In this document: piece after piece, positions 54,548 to 62,313 of the stretch | Layout of the letters: every line of letters begins with the position of its first letter | Numbering within the stretch: the first letter of the stretch is position 1 | Sequence record: NC_047838.1 | Direction: 5' to 3' (one strand) | Length of the DNA: 64,000 nt | Made by a program: the position numbers and the translations under genes | Notes under the pieces: generated by a model | The model's input: only the letters and a program-made list of their open reading frames with translations | The model's database searches: none | Told to the model about the DNA's origin: nothing

Positions 54548-55284
54548 ACAGGATTGAAGATTACGCAGCACTAAAGAACAGAATCAACAAGTGGTTGGTT
54601 GATTATTTTGATAAAAGCAAGTCGGGGTGCTTTGTTGTAGGTGTGTCTGGTGGTATTGATTCTGCAGTTGTATCCACGCTGGCTGCTGAGACTGGTAAGC
54701 AGGTGTATGCCTTGAACATGCCTATTCATCAGAAACCAGAGCAAGAAGGACTATCTGCTGCCCATATCGAATGGTTGGAGGAGAAATATCCTAACGTAAC
54801 TGGTATGAGATTTGATTTGACTGGACTCTTTGAGTCATTCAAAGATACGATAGGTAAGATTAACGAGACCAATCACTCTCTTGCTAACACCAGATCACGT
54901 CTGCGGATGGTGACCCTATATCAAATCGCAGGAAGATATGGTGGTCTTGTGGTTGGTACAGGAAATAAGGTTGAGGATTACGGTGTAGGATTCTATACTA
55001 AATATGGTGACGGTGGAGTTGACATCGCTCCTATCGCAGACCTTTATAAAACTGAAGTATGGGAACTTGGAAAATTCTTGGGAGTTGACTCAAGGATTAT
55101 TGAAGCAAAACCAACTGATGGATTATGGGATGATGGTAGAAATGATGAAGACCAACTAGGTGCTTCTTACGAAGACCTAGAGTATGCCATGGAGCATGGC
55201 ACCGGACCTGCTGTTAGAGTCTTGCATGACTTTCACGCGCAGAACAAACATAAGATGCAACCAATCCCTACATTCAAACTATGA
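54544..55284 (+). CDS. nadE: NH3-dependent NAD+ synthetase
   Basis: VSGGIDSAV, NTRSRLRM, GTGNKVE, FYTKYGDG, PIADLYKTEV, PTDGLW, DEDQLG. Confidence 0.93.
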   Translation: MNRIEDYAALKNRINKWLVDYFDKSKSGCFVVGVSGGIDSAVVSTLAAETGKQVYALNMPIHQKPEQEGLSAAHIEWLEEKYPNVTGMRFDLTGLFESFKDTIGKINETNHSLANTRSRLRMVTLYQIAGRYGGLVVGTGNKVEDYGVGFYTKYGDGGVDIAPIADLYKTEVWELGKFLGVDSRIIEAKPTDGLWDDGRNDEDQLGASYEDLEYAMEHGTGPAVRVLHDFHAQNKHKMQPIPTFKL

Positions 55285-56060
55285 CGGCAACGATTGAAGA
55301 TGTAAAAGAGTATTGGAATAGACAACCATGTAATGTCAAACATTCCAAGAAAGAAGTTGGCACAAGAGAATACTTTGAAGAAGTAGAAAGAAAAAGATAC
55401 ACCGCAGAACCACACATTCCTAGATTTGCTAACTTTCCTGCATGGAAGGGTAAGAAAGTTCTAGAGATTGGATGTGGTCTTGCGACTGAGGGTATCAACT
55501 TTGCTCATGATGGTGCTGATTATACAGCAACTGATCTCTCTGCTGAGTCACTTGATCTTGCTAAAAAAAGATTTGAAGTCTATAATAGGGAAGGTAAATT
55601 TTATCAAGGGAATGCAGAAGAATTAGATTCTTTTCTTCCTAGACAAAAATTTGATTTGATTTATTCCTTTGGTGTCATTCACCATAGTCCTAATCCAAGT
55701 AAGATCTTTGACCAGATCTATGAATACATGGATGAGAACAGTGTTTTGAAAATTATGCTGTATGCAAAGGACTCATGGAAAGGTTACATGATTGAGGCAG
55801 GGCACGATCAACCAGAAGCACAGTATGGTTGCCCTATCGCCAACATGTATACTAATGATGAGGTCAAAGAACTGATGCGACATGGATTTGATATCTTGTC
55901 AATTGAACAAGATCATATCTTTCCATATCAAATCGAACCATACAAGCGAGGTGAGTTTGTAAAAGAACCCTGGTTTGAAGCCATGCCCGATGATATATTC
56001 AACGCAGTGAAGAAGAAACTTGGTTGGCATTTACTTATTACAGCACGGAGATCACGATGA
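55281..56060 (+). CDS. Class I SAM-dependent methyltransferase
   Basis: VLEIGCG, FDLIYSFGVIHH. Confidence 0.88.
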   Translation: MTATIEDVKEYWNRQPCNVKHSKKEVGTREYFEEVERKRYTAEPHIPRFANFPAWKGKKVLEIGCGLATEGINFAHDGADYTATDLSAESLDLAKKRFEVYNREGKFYQGNAEELDSFLPRQKFDLIYSFGVIHHSPNPSKIFDQIYEYMDENSVLKIMLYAKDSWKGYMIEAGHDQPEAQYGCPIANMYTNDEVKELMRHGFDILSIEQDHIFPYQIEPYKRGEFVKEPWFEAMPDDIFNAVKKKLGWHLLITARRSR

Positions 56061-57295
56061 CTAGAAGACTGTCTACAAAAGTTGCGATGATCGGTGTAGG
56101 CAAGTTAGGTCAAGCCTGCGCCGAAGTGATGGCAGAAACATATCCTGTAGTTGGATATGATGTTATGCCAAGAGAACCCAGAAACTTCAGGATGGTTGAT
56201 ACTGTCCAGGAAGCAGTAGAGTTTGCAGATATCGTTTTCATCGCTGCTCCTACTCCTCATGACCCTCTGTATGATGGTCGCCAACCAACTGCACACCTAC
56301 CCAATAAAGACTTTGACTACACAATTGTCAAAGAGATTATTGGTAATGTGAATCAGTATGCAGACAAGTCTAAACTTGTGGTGCTGATTTCTACAGTTCT
56401 TCCTGGCACTACACGTCGTGAACTGGAACCTCTGATCACTAATGCACGTTTTGTGTATAATCCTTACCTGATTGCCATGGGCACCGTGGGTTGGGACTTC
56501 TCTAATCCAGAGATGGTGATGATTGGAACTGAAGATGGATCAGAGACTGGTGATGCCAGAGAACTGATTAACTTCTATCGTCCTATGATGATCAACGATC
56601 CACGCTATGTGGTCGGCACCTGGGATGAGTGTGAATGTATTAAGATCTTCTACAATACCTTTATCTCTGCCAAACTCAGTCTGGTCAATATGATCCAGGA
56701 CGTTGCAGAGAAGCAAGGTAATATCAACGTTGATGTGGTCACAGATGCTCTGAAGAACTCTAATCAGCGTATCATGGGTCCTCGCTACATGAAGGCAGGC
56801 ATGGGTGATGGAGGTGCCTGTCACCCTAGAGATAACATCGCCCTGCGTTGGATGTCTGATAACCTTGAACTGGGTTATGACATCTTTGATGCGATCATGG
56901 AGGCAAGAGAGATTCAAGCAAAGAACCTTGCAAAGAAACTCCTTGAACCTGGTCTACCTGTAGTCATCATCGGTAAGGCATATAAACCACACGTTCACTA
57001 TGTGGATGGTTCATATAGTATTCTGGTTGGACACTATGTTGAAGAACTTGGTGGCACCGTGTATTATGATGATGACTACACAGGTGACAAACCTCCTGCA
57101 GATCTGGGTGCTGCATCCTATCTGCTAGGACATGATCCAGAGTCTGCTTTCCTTGGTTGTCTTGATCCTGACCCTGACAAGGAAGAGTCTTCTATCTTCC
57201 CTGCGGGATCTGTGGTTATTGACCCCTGGAGAAAGTGCCCTGACATTCCAGGATGCACCGTAGTTCACTATGGCAATACTCGATTGAAGAAATGA
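56057..57295 (+). CDS. ugd: UDP-glucose/GDP-mannose 6-dehydrogenase family
   Basis: IGVGKLG, PTP, STVLPG, K...N, GGACHPRD catalytic Cys, KAYKP. Confidence 0.9.
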   Translation: MTRRLSTKVAMIGVGKLGQACAEVMAETYPVVGYDVMPREPRNFRMVDTVQEAVEFADIVFIAAPTPHDPLYDGRQPTAHLPNKDFDYTIVKEIIGNVNQYADKSKLVVLISTVLPGTTRRELEPLITNARFVYNPYLIAMGTVGWDFSNPEMVMIGTEDGSETGDARELINFYRPMMINDPRYVVGTWDECECIKIFYNTFISAKLSLVNMIQDVAEKQGNINVDVVTDALKNSNQRIMGPRYMKAGMGDGGACHPRDNIALRWMSDNLELGYDIFDAIMEAREIQAKNLAKKLLEPGLPVVIIGKAYKPHVHYVDGSYSILVGHYVEELGGTVYYDDDYTGDKPPADLGAASYLLGHDPESAFLGCLDPDPDKEESSIFPAGSVVIDPWRKCPDIPGCTVVHYGNTRLKK

Positions 57296-58128
57296 CCGAA
57301 CTTGATAGGAACAAATCTGCATACAAGTTGCAGAACTTTGGTCCCGTATACTGCATCAACCTGGATGATCAGGAAGATCGATGGGAGTATATGGAGAATC
57401 AATTTAAATATTGGGAGGTCACAGATTATCATCGCATCTCTGCTTATGATGGTAGAGACGATGACCTGAGTGATATTCTGACAGGTAGATATCCTACTAA
57501 TATGTTGACGGGTGAGATTGGTTGCACAACCTCTCACCTTCGTGCCATGAAGCACTTTCTTGAAACATCTGATTCGCCTTATGCAATCATGATGGAGGAC
57601 GATTGTGATCTGGATATTGTTAGGTTCTGGAACTTTACCTGGGATGACCTGTATGCACAGTTTCCATATGACTGGGATGTGGTTCAACTTGCGATCATCT
57701 GCACGGGAGATCTGCATGTCAAACTACACAAGAGATTTGTAAATGATTTCTCTACTGCTTGCTATGTCATCAGCAGGTATCATGCCGAGAAACTTGTGCG
57801 TCTCCACTGCCGTGGTGAGAAATATAAACTGGATCAAGGCGTCAAACCCAGACCAGTTGCTGATGATCTGATTTATAATTCAGGTAATACGTTTGCTATC
57901 CCTCTCTTGATGTATAAGATTGAGCTAGGATCTAGCATTCATGAGGATCATATTGATGCTTTCCATAGGGGTAATCATGAGGCACTATGGAACTACTGGT
58001 CTCAACATGGAGCAAATGTTGACATCGCAGACTACATGAACTATGATCCTTACCTCGGTCGAATCACCGAGAACTCTGCTGCTCAACGAGCAAAAGAGGC
58101 ACAAGAGGCGGAAAACCCATCCGCTTGA
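57292..58128 (+). CDS. GT25 glycosyltransferase
   Basis: CINLD..DR, GEIGCTTSHL, MMEDD, TACYVIS. Confidence 0.88.
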   Translation: MTELDRNKSAYKLQNFGPVYCINLDDQEDRWEYMENQFKYWEVTDYHRISAYDGRDDDLSDILTGRYPTNMLTGEIGCTTSHLRAMKHFLETSDSPYAIMMEDDCDLDIVRFWNFTWDDLYAQFPYDWDVVQLAIICTGDLHVKLHKRFVNDFSTACYVISRYHAEKLVRLHCRGEKYKLDQGVKPRPVADDLIYNSGNTFAIPLLMYKIELGSSIHEDHIDAFHRGNHEALWNYWSQHGANVDIADYMNYDPYLGRITENSAAQRAKEAQEAENPSA

Positions 58129-58158
58129 CAGAAAGTTAAGAAACTGTTAGTATAAATA
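58125..58158 (+). promoter_or_regulatory. Overlapping sigma70-like and late promoters
   Basis: TTGACA-17 nt-TAGTAT (TGn) overlapping TATAAATA 58151-58158. Confidence 0.7.
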
Positions 58159-58260
58159 CTTAACCTTTTGTCTTAATATAACAAAAGGTAACGGGGAGTT
58201 GTCGATTCCCCTTTCATCTGCGGGTAACCATTCCGCAAGTAAACAACGAGGTAAAAACAA

Positions 58261-58626
58261 ATGATCAAATCTGTATTCGCGGCTACTGCTGCTCTGTCCA
58301 TGTCCGCAGGCGCTGCCCTTGCAGGTCCCTACGTCAACGTAGAAGCAAATGCTGGTTGGGTTGGAGATGACTACACTTCAACGACCACAGATATCCACGT
58401 AGGCTACGAGGGAGAAGTTGGTGCTGCTTCATACTACGTCCAGGCTGGCCCTGCGATCGTGGCTGTTGACGGCGTTGACACCGAAACTCAGTTCTCTGGT
58501 AAAGCAGGTCTGGGTATCCCCGTTTCGGATGCACTTAGTGCATATGGCGAGGTTTCCTTCCTGACTGCTGATGACGACGATGACTTCGGCGTTGGTGGTA
58601 AACTGGGTGTCAAGTACAACTTCTGA
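58261..58626 (+). CDS. Small outer-membrane beta-barrel-like protein with signal peptide
   Basis: Signal MIKSVFAATAALSMSAGAALA; alternating beta strands; C-terminal GVKYNF (BAM-type). Confidence 0.8.
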   Translation: MIKSVFAATAALSMSAGAALAGPYVNVEANAGWVGDDYTSTTTDIHVGYEGEVGAASYYVQAGPAIVAVDGVDTETQFSGKAGLGIPVSDALSAYGEVSFLTADDDDDFGVGGKLGVKYNF

Positions 58627-58660
58627 GTTGTAGAGTAGACATATAAACATCTAGATGTAC

Positions 58661-58690
58661 GGGGTTCCTGACGAGGGACCCCATTTTTTT
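58661..58690 (+). terminator. Intrinsic terminator
   Basis: GGGGTTCC-tgacga-GGGACCCC-A-TTTTTTT. Confidence 0.8.
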
Positions 58691-58743
58691 ATGCTTGGTT
58701 TTAGAGAGAGTAAAATTTGGGTTAAACTGTGCAATATAGTAAG

Positions 58744-58762
58744 GTTTACCTTTTCTTAAATA
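58744..58762 (+). promoter_or_regulatory. Possible Pho-box-like direct repeat upstream of the beta-barrel/pstS unit
   Basis: GTTTACCT and CTTAAATA 11 bp apart; imperfect matches to YTTAAYYW. Confidence 0.25.
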
Positions 58763-58822
58763 CAGGATTCATTTATCCTGTTAAAATGTATGGGTAAACT
58801 TAAGCAATTTACGCACAAAGAA

Positions 58823-59191
58823 ATGAAAGCATTCGCAGTTGCCCTGCTCGGATTGGCGGTTACCGCCCCAGCAATGGCAGGTCCATATGTATCCACCAAG
58901 TCCGAGTTCAAGGGCGATGAAGATGGATATAGTAAAACAGTTCACCAATCGCGTATTGGTTACGGAACCAAACTTAGTAATGGCATCAAACCCTATGTTG
59001 AAGTCGGTGCAGGTCTCTCTGCTGCCGATGGTGTAGAGGTCTTTGACGGTGATCGTTTCACCGTTGCAGAAGTCGGAGCATCAATCCCCATTACTGAATC
59101 TTTCTCTGCAAAGGCAAAGTTCGAGCACAAGTGGGGCGAAGACGATGCCCGTGATTGGAAGTTTGAAGTCGGTACGAAGTATAAGTTCTGA
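58823..59191 (+). CDS. Second small beta-barrel-like protein with signal peptide
   Basis: MKAFAVALLGLAVTAPAMA-GPYV; C-terminal GTKYKF. Confidence 0.78.
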   Translation: MKAFAVALLGLAVTAPAMAGPYVSTKSEFKGDEDGYSKTVHQSRIGYGTKLSNGIKPYVEVGAGLSAADGVEVFDGDRFTVAEVGASIPITESFSAKAKFEHKWGEDDARDWKFEVGTKYKF

Positions 59192-59202
59192 GGAATTGAA
59201 AA

Positions 59203-60198
59203 ATGAAACGTTCACTTCTCCTTGCGGCAGGTTTAACTGCTGCTATCAGTATTCCCGCAGTTGCACAGGCTTTCTGGTGGGGTGGGGACAAGAAGGCAGA
59301 CGCCCCTGTTGCCTTCAAACTCAACGGGGCAGGTGCGACCTTCCCTGCTCCTTTGTATAACTCCTGGTTCCAATCTTTTGCTAAAGAAACTGGAAATAAA
59401 GTGAACTACCAAGCAGTTGGTAGTGGTGCTGGAGTACGTCAGTATAATGCTAAGACTGTTGACTTTGGTGCCTCTGATGGTGCTGTGTCAGATGCTAAGC
59501 AGAAACTGCCGATGATTCACGTCCCTATGACTGGTGGTGCTATTGTTCCTGCTTACAACTATCCTGGTTGTGATGCCAAGATGACTCAGACTCAACTCGC
59601 TGATGTCTTCCTTGGCAAGATTACCAACTGGTCTGAGTTTGGTTGTGCCGACAAGAACATCTTGACTGTTCATCGTTCTGATGGTTCTGGCACTACTAAA
59701 GGTTTCACCAATTCTCTGTCTGCGTTTTCTCCTGAGTGGAAAAAGACCATAGGAACTGGTAAGTCAGTTCAGTGGCCTGTTGGTGTTGGCGGCAAAGGTA
59801 ACTCCGGTGTTGCTGGTACTATCAAGAACCAGATCGGCGCTATCGGTTATCTGAACTATGGTTATGTGAACGGTGGTAAGTTCCAACAGGTTGCTCTGCA
59901 AAACAAGGCAGGTAACTTTGTGAAAGCAAACAGCGAAACCTCCGCTGCTGGACTTGCCAAGATCGTCCTAGACGATAAACTTCGTGGGGCAGATCCAAAT
60001 CCTGCAGGTGCGAATGCTTACCCAATCGTATCTCTGACTTGGATCCTTGCCTATCCTGAATCCAAAACTGGAGTAAAGGAAACTCTTCGTTATATGTTGA
60101 GTGAAAAAGCACAATCGGTTTCAGATTCTCTGGGATATGTACCTCTTCCAGAGTCTCTTCGACAGAAATCTCTTGCTGCTGTAGACTCAATTAATTGA
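59203..60198 (+). CDS. pstS: Phosphate-binding protein PstS
   Basis: GAGATFP, YQAVGSGAG, DFGASD, RSDGSGTT, GGKGNSG, IGYL, YPI. Confidence 0.96.
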   Translation: MKRSLLLAAGLTAAISIPAVAQAFWWGGDKKADAPVAFKLNGAGATFPAPLYNSWFQSFAKETGNKVNYQAVGSGAGVRQYNAKTVDFGASDGAVSDAKQKLPMIHVPMTGGAIVPAYNYPGCDAKMTQTQLADVFLGKITNWSEFGCADKNILTVHRSDGSGTTKGFTNSLSAFSPEWKKTIGTGKSVQWPVGVGGKGNSGVAGTIKNQIGAIGYLNYGYVNGGKFQQVALQNKAGNFVKANSETSAAGLAKIVLDDKLRGADPNPAGANAYPIVSLTWILAYPESKTGVKETLRYMLSEKAQSVSDSLGYVPLPESLRQKSLAAVDSIN

Positions 60199-60219
60199 TA
60201 TAAGTATAAATCACTACAG

Positions 60220-60246
60220 AGGAACCCTTGACAGGGTTCCTTTTTT
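60220..60246 (+). terminator. Intrinsic terminator whose loop is a -35 box
   Basis: AGGAACCC-TTGACA-GGGTTCCT-TTTTT. Confidence 0.8.
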
Positions 60247-60256
60247 ACTATATAAT
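60228..60256 (+). promoter_or_regulatory. Consensus sigma70 promoter for the hli cluster
   Basis: TTGACA-17 nt-TATAAT. Confidence 0.8.
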
Positions 60257-60282
60257 ATGTAAAGATTTGCAACATAAAGTAA

Positions 60283-60486
60283 ATGACTGTAACGACGAAC
60301 GAATTTGGTCAACAGAATCTGTTCGCCAAAGAACCCCAGATGGTAGTAGAATCTTACAACCGTAAGGGGCTTGAATCGCCACAACAATACGCAGAGACCT
60401 ATAATGGTCGTTGGGCTATGATGGGAATCGTCTCTGGTTTCATCTCATATGCCTTCACCGGTAACTTCTTCTTCGGCATCTTCTGA
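60283..60486 (+). CDS. hli: High-light-inducible protein
   Basis: AETYNGRWAMMG (ExxNGRxAMxG). Confidence 0.92.
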   Translation: MTVTTNEFGQQNLFAKEPQMVVESYNRKGLESPQQYAETYNGRWAMMGIVSGFISYAFTGNFFFGIF

Positions 60487-60572
60487 TGACGGAGACTGTA
60501 TTTACGGTTACTTCAATTGCCTTCCTAGTTCTGCTAGGATATTCTGTACAACAACTTGCTGAAACTTATTGA
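60486..60572 (+). CDS. 28-aa membrane peptide (not in ORF track)
   Basis: TGATG coupling on both sides; MTETVFTVTSIAFLVLLGYSVQQLAETY. Confidence 0.55.
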   Translation: MTETVFTVTSIAFLVLLGYSVQQLAETY

Positions 60573-60796
60573 TGGAAAACTCCCTTCTTGAAATTCTTAC
60601 TTATTATGTGATTGGAGGTGCCCTTTTGATTGGTGCCCCAGGAGTATTCTTCTTTGTTGTATTCATGTCTGCCCTTCAAAATACCAAGGGTCGCATGGTT
60701 GGTTACAAAGACCACAAAACATATGGTGATTCTTCTATCTACGAGAACACACCTTCCGACAATAGTAAATTTTACCTTACACTAGAAAATGTTTAA
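60572..60796 (+). CDS. Single-pass membrane hypothetical protein
   Basis: YYVIGGALLIGAPGVFFFVVF helix. Confidence 0.65.
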   Translation: MENSLLEILTYYVIGGALLIGAPGVFFFVVFMSALQNTKGRMVGYKDHKTYGDSSIYENTPSDNSKFYLTLENV

Positions 60797-60899
60797 CGAA
60801 AAAGCAGAAAAACTGAATGGACGCGCAGCGATGGTCGGTTTCGTCGCCGCTGTTGGATCCTATCTCGCAACAGGTCAAGTCATCCCAGGTTTGTGGTGA
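60789..60899 (+). CDS. hli: Short high-light-inducible protein (36 aa, not in ORF track)
   Basis: MFNEKAEKLNGRAAMVGFVAAVGSYLATGQVIPGLW. Confidence 0.92.
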   Translation: MFNEKAEKLNGRAAMVGFVAAVGSYLATGQVIPGLW

Positions 60900-60904
60900 G
60901 CGAC

Positions 60905-61036
60905 ATGTTACTCATAGCAACTTCCATGATAGGAGGGTTTATCTTTGCTGCCCTATTGACTGATGGAAATGTTGATGATGATGACAACGGTCCAGACGGT
61001 GGTCTTATGACCCCTGCATACGTCCCAAACTCTTGA
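60905..61036 (+). CDS. Small membrane peptide with acidic tail (43 aa, not in ORF track)
   Basis: MLLIATSMIGGFIFAALL-TDGNVDDDDNGPDGGLM. Confidence 0.6.
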   Translation: MLLIATSMIGGFIFAALLTDGNVDDDDNGPDGGLMTPAYVPNS

Positions 61037-61061
61037 CAAGAAAAATTTAATATTCTATAAT
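61033..61061 (+). promoter_or_regulatory. Consensus sigma70 promoter
   Basis: TTGACA-17 nt-TATAAT. Confidence 0.8.
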
Positions 61062-61064
61062 ACG

Positions 61065-61087
61065 GGAGCAAACATGCTCCTTTTTTT
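61065..61087 (+). terminator. Intrinsic terminator overlapping the predicted start site of the upstream promoter
   Basis: GGAGCA-aaca-TGCTCC followed by a T-run. Confidence 0.65.
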
Positions 61088-61483
61088 ATGCTCGCTACAA
61101 TTCTTGCACTAACGGCAATCGATTATGATCACCTAGCAAGGACCATTCAAGTTGAAGCAGCGAAGGGAACGATGGATGAGTATTGCGTGGCAGTATCGGT
61201 CTTGAATCGTGTTCGCTCACCACGTTTTCCTAACACGGTCGCTAGTGTTGTGTATTCTCCTGGACAATATGAGGGTTTCAGCAAATGGCGACCGGTTGCT
61301 AATCCTGACCTTGTAAATAGACTTAAGTCCGTAGAGGGTCGCAAGAACCTTCTAAAGGCATACAGCATCATCGGGGATCGAACTGACTTCAAAGGTCAGA
61401 GTCAACTCAAATACAGGGTTGCATCTGAAGACCCGATGTGTCATACTAAAGGAAACTTCTATCACCACTTCTGGCAGACATGA
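61088..61483 (+). CDS. SleB/Hydrolase_2 cell-wall hydrolase
   Basis: IQVEA, VLNRVRSPRFPNTV..VV...QYE. Confidence 0.85.
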   Translation: MLATILALTAIDYDHLARTIQVEAAKGTMDEYCVAVSVLNRVRSPRFPNTVASVVYSPGQYEGFSKWRPVANPDLVNRLKSVEGRKNLLKAYSIIGDRTDFKGQSQLKYRVASEDPMCHTKGNFYHHFWQT

Positions 61484-61875
61484 TTACCACTCTCACAGAC
61501 GCTCTCAGAGGCATTCTAGGTCTCAATAAACCTATTGATGAAGAGAAAGTTGAATGTGCTATTGATGAGGATGTCGTAGAGTGTTCTGAAATGGATGCTC
61601 CTTCATATACAGGTATTCCAGCACCTGTATATCTAAAAGATGATGAGTGGTTTGGTCCTGCTTCTGAATACACAGAGAAGCAAAAAGATTATATGGTACA
61701 GGAAACTGAAATCAAACGCCAAGAGTTTGAAAAAAGTTTTTCTGTAGAACCTGAAGATATTCATCAGGTAATGTACGAGATGGCAACCAATAGTGGTGCT
61801 ACTACGGTTCAACTTGATCCTATTGGTGGATCAGAAAACTTCCAAGGAGGATCTGAGAACTTCCATGAACGATGA
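61480..61875 (+). CDS. Acidic hypothetical protein
   Basis: ATGA coupling; 131 aa. Confidence 0.65.
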   Translation: MITTLTDALRGILGLNKPIDEEKVECAIDEDVVECSEMDAPSYTGIPAPVYLKDDEWFGPASEYTEKQKDYMVQETEIKRQEFEKSFSVEPEDIHQVMYEMATNSGATTVQLDPIGGSENFQGGSENFHER

Positions 61876-62086
61876 TTGGCGATATAGTGACGATAAATTA
61901 AAACTTCGTCAGCAAGCACTTACCATTCTTCTTGCAAAGTATGGAAGTGAACTTGACAGCACTAGAAAATCAAAGTATACTAGTCAATCTATATACGAAT
62001 GTGCCCATGACTGGGTATCTCAAGGTAATGTAAATTGTAATGGCATTACCGCATACTACGAGGCTTACTATGCAAAAGGTAATTAA
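61865..62086 (+). CDS. Hypothetical protein
   Basis: MNDDWRYSDDKLKLRQ...IYECAHDWV. Confidence 0.65.
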   Translation: MNDDWRYSDDKLKLRQQALTILLAKYGSELDSTRKSKYTSQSIYECAHDWVSQGNVNCNGITAYYEAYYAKGN

Positions 62087-62312
62087 TGTTTTAGCAGTTC
62101 TATCGTTCTTAGGAACTGCTGGTATCATCGGTGGAGGAACAGTTGTTTATCTCCGTCGTGATGCTATCGCTGAAAGTGTCAAAGAGCGTGTTGCTAAAGC
62201 GGCAACAGAGGCGATTGCAGGAGCACTTCCTGGTATGCTAGACGCTGCTATGCCCGAACTTCCTGCTGCTACTGGCGGCGCTATCCCTTCTACAACTGGT
62301 CTTCCTTTCTGA
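62070..62312 (+). CDS. Membrane-anchored hypothetical protein
   Basis: N-terminal helix INVLAVLSFLGTAGIIGGG; Pro-rich tail. Confidence 0.65.
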   Translation: MQKVINVLAVLSFLGTAGIIGGGTVVYLRRDAIAESVKERVAKAATEAIAGALPGMLDAAMPELPAATGGAIPSTTGLPF

Positions 62313-62313
62313 T

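Noticed and set aside
58159-58179. Pho box at CTTAACCT...CTTAATAT
   Set aside because: Half-sites are 13 bp apart rather than 11; better explained by the overlapping inverted repeat
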